Source: Bacteroidales bacterium (lineage in GTDB: Bacteria; Bacteroidota; Bacteroidia; Bacteroidales; B18-G4). Taken from it: 57,452 nucleotides of DNA. The notes beneath the pieces were generated by a model. The model was not told where the DNA came from and made no database searches. It saw only the letters and a list, made by a program, of their open reading frames with translations. The position numbers and the translations under genes are program-made. Location: the NCBI GenBank assembly GCA_036351275.1, contig JAZBOU010000025.1:1-57452 (forward strand). Reading direction: 5' to 3'. The first letter of the stretch is position 1. Each line of letters starts with the position of its first letter. Below are positions 1-10,284 of this stretch, piece by piece.

Positions 1-1097
1 TGTTCTGCCCAGGTCTGCATCCCGATGTTGCCCAGCCCTATCTTCATGCCTTCAATGGTCATGCCCACGCCCTGTATATCCGTCTGCCATGCCCCGGTTA
101 CGATGATCACCAATGCTGTCATGGTACAAATGATCAAAGTATCCACCAGCGGTTCCAGTGAGGCTACCAGCCCTTCCCTGGCGGGATGTTCGGTCCTGGC
201 TGCAGCATGAGCGATGGGTGCTGATCCCTGCCCGGCTTCGTTGGAGAAAAGCCCCCTGCGTATACCCCATGTCATGGCAAGGAAAAGGCCGCCTAAGACT
301 CCTGCTTCCTTGGCATATTCACCATGAAATGCATCATAAAATATCAGGTTGAAGGCAGCCGGTATATCGGTGCGCATTACCACCAGTACGGTGATCGCAG
401 CGATAAAATACAATATGGCCATGAATGGCACGAGGAACGATGTGACTTCAGCTATTCTTTTAATGCCGCCTACGATAACCAGCAACACCAGGAAGGTGAT
501 GAATATACCCGAAAGCCAGGTTTCGATGTTATAACTGGTCGACATGGCATCGGTCATAGAGTTAGCCTGGGCCATGTTCCCTGTTCCCAGCGAGCAAAGT
601 ACGGTTGCGATGGCAAAGATCACAGCCAGTATTTTAGCGCCTTTTCCCAGTTTTTCTTTCAGTCCGAATTCCATGTAATACATCGGCCCACCGGAAACGC
701 TGCCATCCGAATTGAATTTCCTGAATTTATGTGATAGCGTACATTCTGCATATTTCAGGATCATACCCAGGAAGCCTGTGATCCACATCCAGAAAATGGC
801 GCCCGGCCCCCCAAAATAGATCGCCAGGGATACACCCACGATATTTCCTGTTCCGACCGTTGCCGAGAGGGCCGTTGTCAGTGCTTTAAAATGGCTGACA
901 TCCCCTTTGTCTCCTTTTTTATCGTACTTGCCGGCCACCACCATGATGGAATGACCGAGCCTGGTCACATTCAGGAATTTCAGCCGGATGATGAAATAAA
1001 TCCCCGTAGGGACCAGCATAGCCAGTACGGCATAAACACCTACATAGTTGTTATACGACTGGATGATGTTGTCAATAGATTGAAGGATAGGATGCAT
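1..1097 (-). CDS. Alanine/glycine:cation symporter (AGCS family), truncated by window start
   Basis: Not in ORF track because it runs off the window. Manual translation from ATG at 1097 gives MHPILQSIDN...ALSATVGTGNIVGV...GGPGAIFWMW...RRGLFSNEAGQGSAPIAHAAA...EPLVDTLIICTMT, all AGCS motifs. Confidence 0.93.
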   Translation of the reverse strand, partial: MHPILQSIDNIIQSYNNYVGVYAVLAMLVPTGIYFIIRLKFLNVTRLGHSIMVVAGKYDKKGDKGDVSHFKALTTALSATVGTGNIVGVSLAIYFGGPGAIFWMWITGFLGMILKYAECTLSHKFRKFNSDGSVSGGPMYYMEFGLKEKLGKGAKILAVIFAIATVLCSLGTGNMAQANSMTDAMSTSYNIETWLSGIFITFLVLLVIVGGIKRIAEVTSFLVPFMAILYFIAAITVLVVMRTDIPAAFNLIFYDAFHGEYAKEAGVLGGLFLAMTWGIRRGLFSNEAGQGSAPIAHAAARTEHPAREGLVASLEPLVDTLIICTMTALVIIVTGAWQTDIQGVGMTIEGMKIGLGNIGMQTWAE

Positions 1098-1135
1098 TTC
1101 GTAAGTTTAAGATTGGCTAAGATAAAAAAACCCGC

Positions 1136-2158
1136 TTACCCGCTCAATTCATTGCGTATGATTTGTTTCATGCTTTTGATCTGTTCAGGTGTGCCCAGGA
1201 CGAATAGTTTAGTTCCTTTGTTTACCCTGATCTCGGCAGAGGGATTGAGTATGAATTCCCCTTCACTGGTTTTTATCCCAATGATGTTTGCTCCCGTTTT
1301 TTTACGAATGCCGAATTCCCTGATGCTGATGTCGAAATCCTTTTCGGCAACATTGTTGCAGGTGATCTCTTCGAGGTTGGTTGGTTCCGTACCGTGAACT
1401 GACAAACGGTCGAGAAATTCAACCACATCCGGGTTGGCTACCAGTGTTGCCATGTGCGCTCCGCCTACCCGCTCAGGCATGATCACATTATTGGCCCCGG
1501 CAACCTTCAGTTTCTTTTCAGAACTTTCATTCCCAGCCCTGCTGATAATGAGCAGGTCGGGGTTCAATGATCTTGCGGTAAGGGCAACGTAGGTGTTATC
1601 GGCATCATTGGGAAGGGTAGTGATGAGCGCCTTCGCATGATCAATATTTGCCTTTTCAAGCACATCGTCGTTGGTGGCATCGCCTTCCACGAAACGAAAG
1701 TCTTCGTTGAGGTGCTGCATGATCACGTCATGATTGCTTTCGATAATGATAAAGGATTGTCTGTGGGCGATCAGCTCCTGAGCCGCCTGCTGGCCATTAC
1801 GCCCGTAGCCGCAGATAATAATATGATTGTCCATTTTCTTTACTTTTGATTTTCTACGTGCCGCGCCGGCGAAAAAGCCGGCCAGCTGACCTTCCACTAA
1901 ATGTGTTGTGATCAATGAGATGGCATAAGCGTAAGTACCGAAACTCGACAGGATCAGGAATATGGTGAAGATCTTTCCCGGGTTGCTGAGCCTGTGGATC
2001 TCACCGAAACCAACGGTAGAGATCGTGATGATCGTCATGTACAATGCATTGAGGAAGTTGTCTCCCTCGATCAACATATATCCTGTAACCCCGATCACGA
2101 TAATCGCAAGCAGGATCAGGAAAGCCGTCAGCATTTTTCTTTTGCTCGATTGTTCCAA
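1136..2158 (-). CDS. Potassium channel protein (2TM pore plus TrkA-N/TrkA-C RCK domains)
   Basis: Filter TISTVGFG between two TM helices, Rossmann motif IICGYGRNG, C-terminal TrkA-C-like region. Confidence 0.9.
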   Translation of the reverse strand: MEQSSKRKMLTAFLILLAIIVIGVTGYMLIEGDNFLNALYMTIITISTVGFGEIHRLSNPGKIFTIFLILSSFGTYAYAISLITTHLVEGQLAGFFAGAARRKSKVKKMDNHIIICGYGRNGQQAAQELIAHRQSFIIIESNHDVIMQHLNEDFRFVEGDATNDDVLEKANIDHAKALITTLPNDADNTYVALTARSLNPDLLIISRAGNESSEKKLKVAGANNVIMPERVGGAHMATLVANPDVVEFLDRLSVHGTEPTNLEEITCNNVAEKDFDISIREFGIRKKTGANIIGIKTSEGEFILNPSAEIRVNKGTKLFVLGTPEQIKSMKQIIRNELSG

Positions 2159-2199
2159 GATCTCTGTTCTTGTTAGATATAGACAAATATATGAAATTG

Positions 2200-3492
2200 T
2201 CAGTTATGCTTCTGAAGGATTTTATGGCCTATACTGCATTCCAGGCATTTCTTATTATCGCAGCGGGTATGCTTGAGCTGGAGCAGTCCCTGGCTTTCGA
2301 GGCTGTTTGATGCCTCTATTCCCAGAGATGACCATTTACGGATGATGGCGTTATTCTCGGGAGGCAGTGCCTCCAGGAAGGCAATGGCCCGGTCGCAGAG
2401 CTCAGGTTTGTTCATCTCCTGCCCGTAAAGGTGTATGAGGGGTATGATCGCATTGATCAGCAAAAGCTGGATACTCTGGGCACCAAACGTTTTTACTTGC
2501 TTTCTGCTGATCCTGTCGAATATGAAATGCTTGTCCCAGTAAGATGATGCGGTTACTTTGAAAAGGCGGCTGATCCGGGCTATGCTTTCTCTTTCGATCA
2601 CTTCCCGGAAGATGCTCTGATGCTGGGAGTAAAGGGCTGCCAGGTGGGCTATACGGATAGTAGGAAAGGCAGCCGGCCGTATGCGCATGAACTTCCAGAG
2701 GTATCCCGGCATGGGGCTCAGCCGGTATTTTGCTGCCAGGAAAGCGTGCTCCTTTTTCAACGCATGCGGATACCTTCCGCGTACCCGCATATTAAGCAAT
2801 CCCGATTGCCCGAACAGCAGGGCTTCGGTACGCACCAGCTCACCGTGCTCTTTCATCAGGACCTTCACCGGCAGGGTCCTTGTAAGCATTTCAAAGGCAG
2901 AAACATTCACCTTTGCCCCGAACTGTCTCGAAATGACCCTGTAGCAGCATTCTTCCCAGTCGTTCTTAAGCTGTGCGAGCTCCTCTCTGATCGCCGCTGC
3001 TTTTTCGTACAGGCGTTGTATGGCTTCGGCATTTAACCTTCCTGTAACGTGTATCTTATCTATGCTGTTGATCATTTCCTGGCAGGGTACCCATAGCATG
3101 TTCTGGCTGATACTGCGGTATCGATCGAGGAGATTTTTATCGTATGCATCGGCTATGCACAGGCTTGGCAGTTTGCGGCCTGATTTATCCCTGACCGGCA
3201 TATCATCTTCTGCGACAACATGCAGGATGACATTGTTATAGGCCGCATCTTTATGGTGCTTGTGCTTGTACCAGTCTGATGCCCTGACATGGATCTCCAC
3301 ATTGCCTGCCCAGACCGTTTGACCAATTTTTATCCTGGCACACAAAAAATCCGGGCCGGAATCGGTGTTGTGTATCCCGCTGTATAGAATACTGATCGTT
3401 TCACCATCCCCGGTGCGGATATTATTTGTCAGCAATTTGTGTTTCCAGATGTAGTGAAAAAACACTTCGGGTATATTTACGCAGGTATGCAT
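2200..3492 (-). CDS. DUF2851 family protein
   Basis: GPDF...WAGNVEIH...W..H.H..D..Y.NVILHVV, RPAAFPTIRIA and C-terminal CxxxxCxxC, typical of this family. Confidence 0.85.
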   Translation of the reverse strand: MHTCVNIPEVFFHYIWKHKLLTNNIRTGDGETISILYSGIHNTDSGPDFLCARIKIGQTVWAGNVEIHVRASDWYKHKHHKDAAYNNVILHVVAEDDMPVRDKSGRKLPSLCIADAYDKNLLDRYRSISQNMLWVPCQEMINSIDKIHVTGRLNAEAIQRLYEKAAAIREELAQLKNDWEECCYRVISRQFGAKVNVSAFEMLTRTLPVKVLMKEHGELVRTEALLFGQSGLLNMRVRGRYPHALKKEHAFLAAKYRLSPMPGYLWKFMRIRPAAFPTIRIAHLAALYSQHQSIFREVIERESIARISRLFKVTASSYWDKHFIFDRISRKQVKTFGAQSIQLLLINAIIPLIHLYGQEMNKPELCDRAIAFLEALPPENNAIIRKWSSLGIEASNSLESQGLLQLKHTRCDNKKCLECSIGHKILQKHN

Positions 3493-3666
3493 AATCGATT
3501 ATAATTTGTTATCCTAATGATTAATACGCTTTCTGCAATAATGTCACACCCTTGCTTTAAGTAATATGGCATATCTTATTGAAAAAAATGGATTTAATTG
3601 TCTTCAGAACTTGCTATTGCATTATAAATTCTTATTTTTGTAAAGAATTAAAGCTTATCAAGCTGG

Positions 3667-3954
3667 ATGGAGCAGGCTAAAGATTTGGTTTCCAAAATAA
3701 ATGAGCAGGTTTTGGAACTGCTTGGCCGGCACCAGGCACTCAGGAGCGAGCGAACTGAACTACAAGTCCGGAATGCTGAGCTCCAGGAAACAGTTGAAAA
3801 ATTAAATACTGAAATAGATCAATTAAAAGAGCAGATTGTAAAATTAAAAATCTCGAAATCGCTGACTGATAAGGAAGATTCAAAGGAAGTAAAGGCAAAA
3901 GTTGATGAACTGTTGCGGGAAATTGATAAATGTGTGGGACTGTTGAATCAATAA
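3667..3954 (+). CDS. Coiled-coil protein, ZapB-like partner of ZapA
   Basis: Heptad-rich, ends in LLREIDKCVGLL, directly upstream of zapA. Confidence 0.7.
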   Translation: MEQAKDLVSKINEQVLELLGRHQALRSERTELQVRNAELQETVEKLNTEIDQLKEQIVKLKISKSLTDKEDSKEVKAKVDELLREIDKCVGLLNQ

Positions 3955-3981
3955 AGTGGCTGATTGTGGTCCGGAGACCTG

Positions 3982-4272
3982 ATGAATGAACTGACAATTA
4001 CAGTGAAGATAGCTGAGCGTCCGTATAAAATGACGATCAGAGCCGAAGAGGAGGAGGTCATACGAAAAGCTGCCAGGTTAATTAATGAAAAGATAACTGA
4101 ATATGCAAATACTTACGCTTTTAACGACAACCAGGATTTGCTTGCAATGGTGTCGTTGTGGTTTGCCACAACATCGTTAAAAGCCCAGGTCGAGACCAGG
4201 GATGTACAACATGATCTGATCGATGGCCTGAAAACCCTGGAAAAACTGCTTTCAGAACAACAAGAGGGATAG
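3982..4272 (+). CDS. zapA: Cell division protein ZapA
   Basis: ITVKIAERPY...EEEVIRKAA..IN; ATG at 3982 preferred over GTG at 3964; zapA-rny context. Confidence 0.85.
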   Translation: MNELTITVKIAERPYKMTIRAEEEEVIRKAARLINEKITEYANTYAFNDNQDLLAMVSLWFATTSLKAQVETRDVQHDLIDGLKTLEKLLSEQQEG

Positions 4273-4307
4273 TCCCCCTGCATCGTTCTTTGAAAATATT
4301 AAAAATT

Positions 4308-4496
4308 ACCCGCGTTAATTCATTTTGGTTTGTAAACTCAACATTATCTTAATTGGGGTAGGCTCATAAGTTCCTAGAGCAGGCCGCGATCCGCTTCGGC
4401 GGATTCCCCTTGGTCAGGGACAGCGGAAGTTCGAATAACTAGGCCGCCCTATCCGTGTCTTTTGGGGTTTCGTAAAACCCGGAATTAACTGCGGGT
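4308..4496 (+). ncRNA. ssrS: Probable 6S RNA
   Basis: About 190 nt between zapA and rny, a typical 6S location. 5' ACCCGCGTTAATTC (4308-4321) pairs with 3' GAATTAACTGCGGGT (4482-4496), followed by a T run; central ATCCGC-TTCG-GCGGAT hairpin. Confidence 0.75.
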
Positions 4497-4554
4497 TTTT
4501 TTTTGCCTTTCATCAACTGCTCTGATTAATTATTGTTTAATTAAACCTGAGAAG

Positions 4555-6099
4555 ATGTTAGATATAATCTACCTGGCCCTCACCGGTGTTGCCGGACTTG
4601 CCTTCGGTGTGATCATCACCTCCACCATACTGAGGAAAGCAGTAGAAAGGAAGAGCGAAAAGCTATTGCAGGAAGCCAAGGAAAAGGCTGAGGTCTACAA
4701 GAAAGATAAGATCCTGCAGGCCAAGGAAAAATTCCTGCAACTTAAATCGGAACATGAGAAAGCCATCAACGAGAAGAATGCCTTAATACAGCAGGCAGAA
4801 AGCAGACTTAAACAAAAAGAGTCCAGTATCTCCCAAAAGCTGGAGGAACTCCAGCGCAAACAGAAAGAGGTTGATTCTATCCGGAACAACCTGAACAACC
4901 AGCTTGAGATCCTTGCCAAGAAGCAACAAGACCTTGACAAATCCTATAAGCAGCAGGTTGAACAGCTGGAAGCCATATCCGGGCTATCCGCTTCGGAAGC
5001 CAAGGAACAACTCAAAGAAACCATACTTGAAGAGGCTCGTTCAGATGCACAGGTCTACATTTCTGAGATCGTGGATGATGCCAAGATCACAGCCAATCAG
5101 AAAGCCAAAAAGATCGTGATCGAATCCATCCAGCGTACCGCTGTAGAACATGCTATCGAGAATACGGTTTCAGTTTTCCACCTTGATAACGACGAGATCA
5201 AGGGTCGTATCATCGGACGCGAGGGAAGGAATATCAGGGCACTGGAATCACTTACCGGGATCGAGATCATTATCGACGACTCACCTGAGGCCATTATCCT
5301 TTCGGGTTTCGACCCGGTCAGGAGAGAGATCGCACGCCTGTCGCTGCATAAACTGGTTACCGATGGCAGGATCCACCCGGCCAGAATAGAAGAAGTTGTG
5401 GCCAAAACCCGCAAACAGATCGAGCAGGAGATCGTGGAAACCGGTAAACGTACTGCGATCGACCTGGGGATACACAATATGCATCATGAGTTGATCCGTA
5501 TGGTAGGACGCATGAAATACCGTTCTTCATATGGTCAAAACCTGTTGCAGCACTCCATTGAGGTAGCGAACCTGTGTGCCACCATGGCCTCTGAACTAGG
5601 ACTGAACCCCAAGAAGGCCAAGCGGGCCGGACTGCTCCATGATATCGGTAAAGTGCCCGATAACGAGCCGGAACATCCACATGCTATCCTGGGCATGAAG
5701 CTGGCAGAGAAATACAAGGAAAAACCTGATGTATGCAATGCTATCGGGGCACACCACGACGAGGTGGAAATGGAATCGCTTATTGCACCCATCGTGCAGG
5801 TATGTGACGCTATTTCCGGCGCAAGGCCAGGAGCAAGGCGTGAAGTGGCAGAAGCCTACATTCAGCGCCTCAATAAGCTGGAAGAACTGGCATTGACCTA
5901 TCCCGGAGTTGTAAAAACCTATGCTATTCAGGCCGGACGCGAACTGCGTGTGATCGTTGGGGCCGATAAGGTGTCCGACAGCGAAGTGGACCAGATCTCA
6001 TACGACCTCTCACGAAAGATCCAGGATGAGATGACCTACCCGGGTCAGATCAAGATCACCGTGATCAGGGAAACCCGAGCGATAAATTATGCGAAGTAA
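4555..6099 (+). CDS. rny: Ribonuclease Y
   Basis: N-terminal TM, coiled coil, KH motif [15 protein letters not shown] motif [19 protein letters not shown]. Confidence 0.97.
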   Translation: MLDIIYLALTGVAGLAFGVIITSTILRKAVERKSEKLLQEAKEKAEVYKKDKILQAKEKFLQLKSEHEKAINEKNALIQQAESRLKQKESSISQKLEELQRKQKEVDSIRNNLNNQLEILAKKQQDLDKSYKQQVEQLEAISGLSASEAKEQLKETILEEARSDAQVYISEIVDDAKITANQKAKKIVIESIQRTAVEHAIENTVSVFHLDNDEIKGRIIGREGRNIRALESLTGIEIIIDDSPEAIILSGFDPVRREIARLSLHKLVTDGRIHPARIEEVVAKTRKQIEQEIVETGKRTAIDLGIHNMHHELIRMVGRMKYRSSYGQNLLQHSIEVANLCATMASELGLNPKKAKRAGLLHDIGKVPDNEPEHPHAILGMKLAEKYKEKPDVCNAIGAHHDEVEMESLIAPIVQVCDAISGARPGARREVAEAYIQRLNKLEELALTYPGVVKTYAIQAGRELRVIVGADKVSDSEVDQISYDLSRKIQDEMTYPGQIKITVIRETRAINYAK

Positions 6100-6213
6100 T
6101 TTTTAGGCAAGCAGCACTGCTGATTTACAAGTCTGTATTCTGTCTTGTTAATGGCATGTTCATTATTGGCAAAACAATCTCAAATTTAACAGACAGGAGA
6201 CAGAAGTAAGAAT

Positions 6214-6753
6214 CTACTGCTCTTCCGGAGCAGCAGCCGCTTGTTTAGCTTCAAATTCTTTTATGAGCTCCTCTGGACTTTTACCCAGGTTCTGAATGCT
6301 GACCTTAGCATCGTCGGCAAACTCATTGTCGGGATATGTGTCTATAAATTCAATGTAAATGGCCCTGGCGTTTTCAAGGTCACCAAGGTAATTCTCATAA
6401 ACATAGCCTTTAAGGAACAGGCATTCGGGCACCTTCCTGAAATCAGGGTATTCATTGATAACCCTGTCGTAAAGGGTGATGGCTCTCTGGCCTTCTCCAA
6501 GGTTGAGACAAAACTCTGCAGCTTTAAAGAGATATTCAACAGCCATGCTGTCCTGCGGGTAAGAATCGGTGTAATTGACGTACATGTCAACAAGTTCGAG
6601 GGCTTTTTCTTTATCTACAAAGCCTTCGTCAGCGGAAAATAAAGCTTCTTCTTTGGCTTTTATATTGGAAGCATCTTGTTCATTTGATGGCCCGCATGAA
6701 ATGATCGCGGCAGCCATGAATAACATCAATAAGGAGTTTCTAAAGTGTGTCAT
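6214..6753 (-). CDS. TPR-containing lipoprotein
   Basis: Lipobox-like AIISC; TPR pattern (YLFKAAE, A...Y..VI..YP, CLFLKGYVYEN). Confidence 0.8.
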   Translation of the reverse strand: MTHFRNSLLMLFMAAAIISCGPSNEQDASNIKAKEEALFSADEGFVDKEKALELVDMYVNYTDSYPQDSMAVEYLFKAAEFCLNLGEGQRAITLYDRVINEYPDFRKVPECLFLKGYVYENYLGDLENARAIYIEFIDTYPDNEFADDAKVSIQNLGKSPEELIKEFEAKQAAAAPEEQ

Positions 6754-6768
6754 GATTATTGGTTTATG

Positions 6769-7341
6769 TTATTTTCTCTTCTTTGACTTCAGGGGAAAGA
6801 TCATTTTGTAATCTACATCGATATTACCGGTTGAAATGTCATGAAGCTTTCTTTTCAGCAGCATCTTGCGCAGGGGACTGACCCTTTCCACAAATATGGT
6901 GCCTTCAATATGGTCGTATTCATGCTGCATGATCCTGGCCATCACACCCTCGTACGTTTCTTCGATCAGGTTAAAATCCCTGTCGTTGTATTCGATCAGG
7001 ATCTTCGGTTTTCGTATGATATCTTCTCTCACGGTAGGCACGCTCAAGCAGCCTTCGTTAAAACTCCACTCTTCGCCGCTTTCTTCCAGGATAATGGGGT
7101 TTATGAACACTTTCTTGAAATCTTTGGCTTCCGGGTACTCATCTCCGTATGCGGAGGCATCCACGATAAAAAGCCTGATGGATTTGTTAACCTGGGGAGC
7201 GGCCAGTCCAACGCCCGCCGAAGCGTACATGGTTTCAAACATATCTTCGATCAGTTGATCCAGTCCCGGATAGTCCTGGTCGATCTCCTCTGCCACCTTT
7301 TTGAGGGTAGGGTGCCCGTATGCCACAATAGGTAGAATCAT
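6769..7341 (-). CDS. def: Peptide deformylase
   Basis: GVGLAAPQ, EGCLS and QHEYDH motifs. Confidence 0.97.
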   Translation of the reverse strand: MILPIVAYGHPTLKKVAEEIDQDYPGLDQLIEDMFETMYASAGVGLAAPQVNKSIRLFIVDASAYGDEYPEAKDFKKVFINPIILEESGEEWSFNEGCLSVPTVREDIIRKPKILIEYNDRDFNLIEETYEGVMARIMQHEYDHIEGTIFVERVSPLRKMLLKRKLHDISTGNIDVDYKMIFPLKSKKRK

Positions 7342-7766
7342 TTGTTATTGCTTTTTTCTTTCATCTCGAGGTAGGTCTGGAGTATGATCGCAGCACTCAC
7401 TTTGTCGACCAGGCTTTTGTCCTGCCTGGCTTTCTTACCGATACCTGACTCCAGGATCGCTTTTGAAGCCATGGCAGAGGTGAAGCGTTCATCGATGCGT
7501 TCGATCCTGAGCCCCGGGAACACCTTGCCTGCCTGCTTGATGAAGGGAGCAATATATTGCTCTGCCTCTGATGCTGAATGGTCCATCTGCCTGGGTTCTC
7601 CTATTACAAGACATTCAACGTCCTCCTCGGCTAAATATTTTTTGAGAAAGCCAATAAGTTCATGCGTCCTTACCGTTGTCAGGGGGCTGGCGATCATGCC
7701 AAGGGGATCGGTTGCTGCTATGCCGCAGCGCTTTCTGCCATAATCGATAGCCAGTATCCTTCCCAT
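7338..7766 (-). CDS. ruvX: RuvX/YqgF nuclease
   Basis: ILAIDYGRKRCGIA, DERFTS, VDKVSAAIILQ; 4-nt overlap with def. Confidence 0.95.
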   Translation of the reverse strand: MGRILAIDYGRKRCGIAATDPLGMIASPLTTVRTHELIGFLKKYLAEEDVECLVIGEPRQMDHSASEAEQYIAPFIKQAGKVFPGLRIERIDERFTSAMASKAILESGIGKKARQDKSLVDKVSAAIILQTYLEMKEKSNNK

Positions 7767-7888
7767 ACCTTTACCTTGCTGTTAATAATTAAAATCTGCT
7801 GCAAAATTAGTTTTTTTCTTCCTATGCGCCCCGATCCAGACCGTACTTGGGAAAAATACCTAATTTTGGATAGCATAAATTAAGCGAT

Positions 7889-8707
7889 ATGCCTGAAAAC
7901 CTGGTCAAGATTATTGAAGCAGCCTGGGAAGACCGTTCCCGGCTGGAAGAAAACGATTCGCGTGAAGCAATACGCTCCGTAATTGAAATGCTCGATAAAG
8001 GAAAATTGAGGGTGGCGGAGCCTGATGGGGACGTCTGGAAGGTGAATGAGTGGGTAAAAAAGGCCGTGATCCTCTATTTTCCTCTTAGCGAGATGTATAC
8101 AAGCCATGCAGGACCCATGGAATTCCATGATAAGATCGGGCTGAAGAAAAATTACCGGGAGCTTGGTGTTCGCGTGGTACCGCATGCTGTCGCACGTTAC
8201 GGGGCCTATGTTTCAAAAGGGGTGATCATGATGCCTTCATACGTGAACATCGGGGCCTATGTTGATGAAGGGACCATGGTGGACACCTGGGCAACGGTAG
8301 GCTCATGTGCACAGGTTGGCAAAAACGTTCATCTGAGCGGTGGTGTTGGGATAGGAGGCGTGCTCGAGCCCGTCCAGGCTGCACCTGTTATAATTGAGGA
8401 CAATTGCTTTATCGGATCGAGATCTATCGTGGTAGAAGGCGTGAGAGTGAAAAAGGAAGCGGTACTCGGGGCAAATGTGGTCCTGACACAATCCACGAAG
8501 ATCATTGACGTATCAGGCGATGAACCCCTGGAATACAAAGCAGAGGTGCCCGAACGCTCAGTCGTTATCCCCGGAAGCTATACCAGGCAATTCCCGGCAG
8601 GGGAGTACCAGGTGTCATGTGCTCTTATCATCGGAAAGCGTAAACGGTCCACCGATTTAAAAACCAGCCTGAATGAGGCTCTTCGTGAATATGATTTACA
8701 GGTTTAA
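7889..8707 (+). CDS. dapD: Tetrahydrodipicolinate N-succinyltransferase
   Basis: VNEWVKKAV, MVDTWATVGSCAQVG, GGVGIGGVLEP. Confidence 0.96.
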   Translation: MPENLVKIIEAAWEDRSRLEENDSREAIRSVIEMLDKGKLRVAEPDGDVWKVNEWVKKAVILYFPLSEMYTSHAGPMEFHDKIGLKKNYRELGVRVVPHAVARYGAYVSKGVIMMPSYVNIGAYVDEGTMVDTWATVGSCAQVGKNVHLSGGVGIGGVLEPVQAAPVIIEDNCFIGSRSIVVEGVRVKKEAVLGANVVLTQSTKIIDVSGDEPLEYKAEVPERSVVIPGSYTRQFPAGEYQVSCALIIGKRKRSTDLKTSLNEALREYDLQV

Positions 8708-8713
8708 AGCGTT

Positions 8714-9703
8714 TTGAAAAAAATACTGATCATACAGACTGCGTCAATCGGTGATGTCATCCTTGCAACGCCTTTGCTGGAAAGCCTGCACAGGGAATAC
8801 CCGACGGCACGTATCGATTTCCTGGTAAAGAAAGGTACGGAATCATTGTTTTCTTCGCACCCCTTCCTGGGGAAGTTGTATATCTGGGATAAATCAGCGC
8901 GCAAATACAGGAATCTCTATAATATCCTGAAGACGGTTCAGTCTGAGCGATACGACCTGCTCGTAAACCTGCAACGCTTTTTCTTAACCGGCATGCTTAC
9001 TGCATTTTCGAGGGCAGGAATAACAGTGGGCTTTGATAAAAATCCGTGGTCCTTATTCTTTTCCCGTCGTGTAAGTCACAGCATCCGCCGGGGTGAATAT
9101 CATGAGACGGAGCGAAATATGCTGCTCATCAAGGATTTTGTTAAGCAAGGCCAGAAAAGACCGGTACTATATCCTTCCAAACAGGATGACGCTTTCACCT
9201 CCCAGTATAAGACGAGTGCTTATATCTGTATTGCCCCTGCCTCGCTGTGGTATACAAAACAGTATCCTGCCGAAAAATGGATCGAATTCGTCAGGAGAAT
9301 TCCGGAAGATATGCATGTGTATTTTTTGGGATCCCGGGCTGACTATGGGTTGTGTGAAGGGATCATGACAGCTGCCTTACATAAGCGCAGCATGAACCTT
9401 GCAGGCAGGATGAGCCTGCTCCAGACCGCTTCATTGCAGCGGGATGCTCAAATGAACTTTGTAAACGATTCAGCACCCATGCACCTGGCATCGGCTGTTA
9501 ACGGGCCCGTTACGGCCATCTTTTGCTCTACGGTACCCGCATTCGGTTTTGGTCCGCTGGCAGATGATTCTGTGATCGTGGAAACGCATGAGGAACTGAG
9601 CTGCCGGCCATGCGGTCTGCACGGAAAGCGGGAATGCCCGGAGAAACACTTCGATTGTGCCCATAGGATCGAGGTGGAAGATTTGCTTAAAAGAATACAA
9701 TAG
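8714..9703 (+). CDS. Glycosyltransferase family 9 (heptosyltransferase-like)
   Basis: IGDVILATP, NDSAPMHLA, CRPCGLHG..C; TTG start. Confidence 0.9.
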   Translation: MKKILIIQTASIGDVILATPLLESLHREYPTARIDFLVKKGTESLFSSHPFLGKLYIWDKSARKYRNLYNILKTVQSERYDLLVNLQRFFLTGMLTAFSRAGITVGFDKNPWSLFFSRRVSHSIRRGEYHETERNMLLIKDFVKQGQKRPVLYPSKQDDAFTSQYKTSAYICIAPASLWYTKQYPAEKWIEFVRRIPEDMHVYFLGSRADYGLCEGIMTAALHKRSMNLAGRMSLLQTASLQRDAQMNFVNDSAPMHLASAVNGPVTAIFCSTVPAFGFGPLADDSVIVETHEELSCRPCGLHGKRECPEKHFDCAHRIEVEDLLKRIQ

Positions 9704-9719
9704 TCTTAACTTTGCATAA

Positions 9720-10283
9720 GTGAATAAGGAGATACAACATACGCTGGAGTACCTTAAGACAGGAAAGATCATCCTGTACCCCACGGATACGATATGGGGT
9801 ATTGGTTGTGATGCCACGGATCAACATGCCGTTAACCGCATATACCGACTCAAGAAAAGGGTGGAAAGTAAAAGTATGATCATCCTGCTTGACGATGCCG
9901 CTAAGCTCGGCAACTATGTTGAAGCTGTTCCGGAAATTACAATGGACCTTGTTGACAGCATCGATACGCCCCTCACAGTGATTTACCAGGGTGCAAAAGG
10001 CCTTGCAAAAAACGTGATCGCTTCCGATGGTACGATCGCTATTCGCATTACCCGAGATCCGTTTTGCAGGGAATTGATCAGGCAGTTCGGCAAGCCTATC
10101 GTTTCAACTTCTGCCAACGTTTCAGGGACCATCGACCCTATTACATTCAAGCAGATCCCTGAAGTGATCAAGAGCGGCGTCGACTATGTTGTAGACCATC
10201 ACCGCGACAGGATCGTAAAAGCAAAGGCTTCCCGAATCATCAAGCTGGCGCCTGATGGTTCATTTACCGTAATCAGAAAATAA
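9720..10283 (+). CDS. tsaC: Threonylcarbamoyl-AMP synthase (TsaC/YrdC)
   Basis: YPTDTIWGIGC, LKKR, STSANVSG. Confidence 0.93.
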   Translation: MNKEIQHTLEYLKTGKIILYPTDTIWGIGCDATDQHAVNRIYRLKKRVESKSMIILLDDAAKLGNYVEAVPEITMDLVDSIDTPLTVIYQGAKGLAKNVIASDGTIAIRITRDPFCRELIRQFGKPIVSTSANVSGTIDPITFKQIPEVIKSGVDYVVDHHRDRIVKAKASRIIKLAPDGSFTVIRK

Positions 10284-10284
10284 A

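Noticed and set aside
25-1397. Plus-strand ORFs in the track at the window start
   Set aside because: The region is explained by the minus-strand AGCS symporter and the K+ channel.
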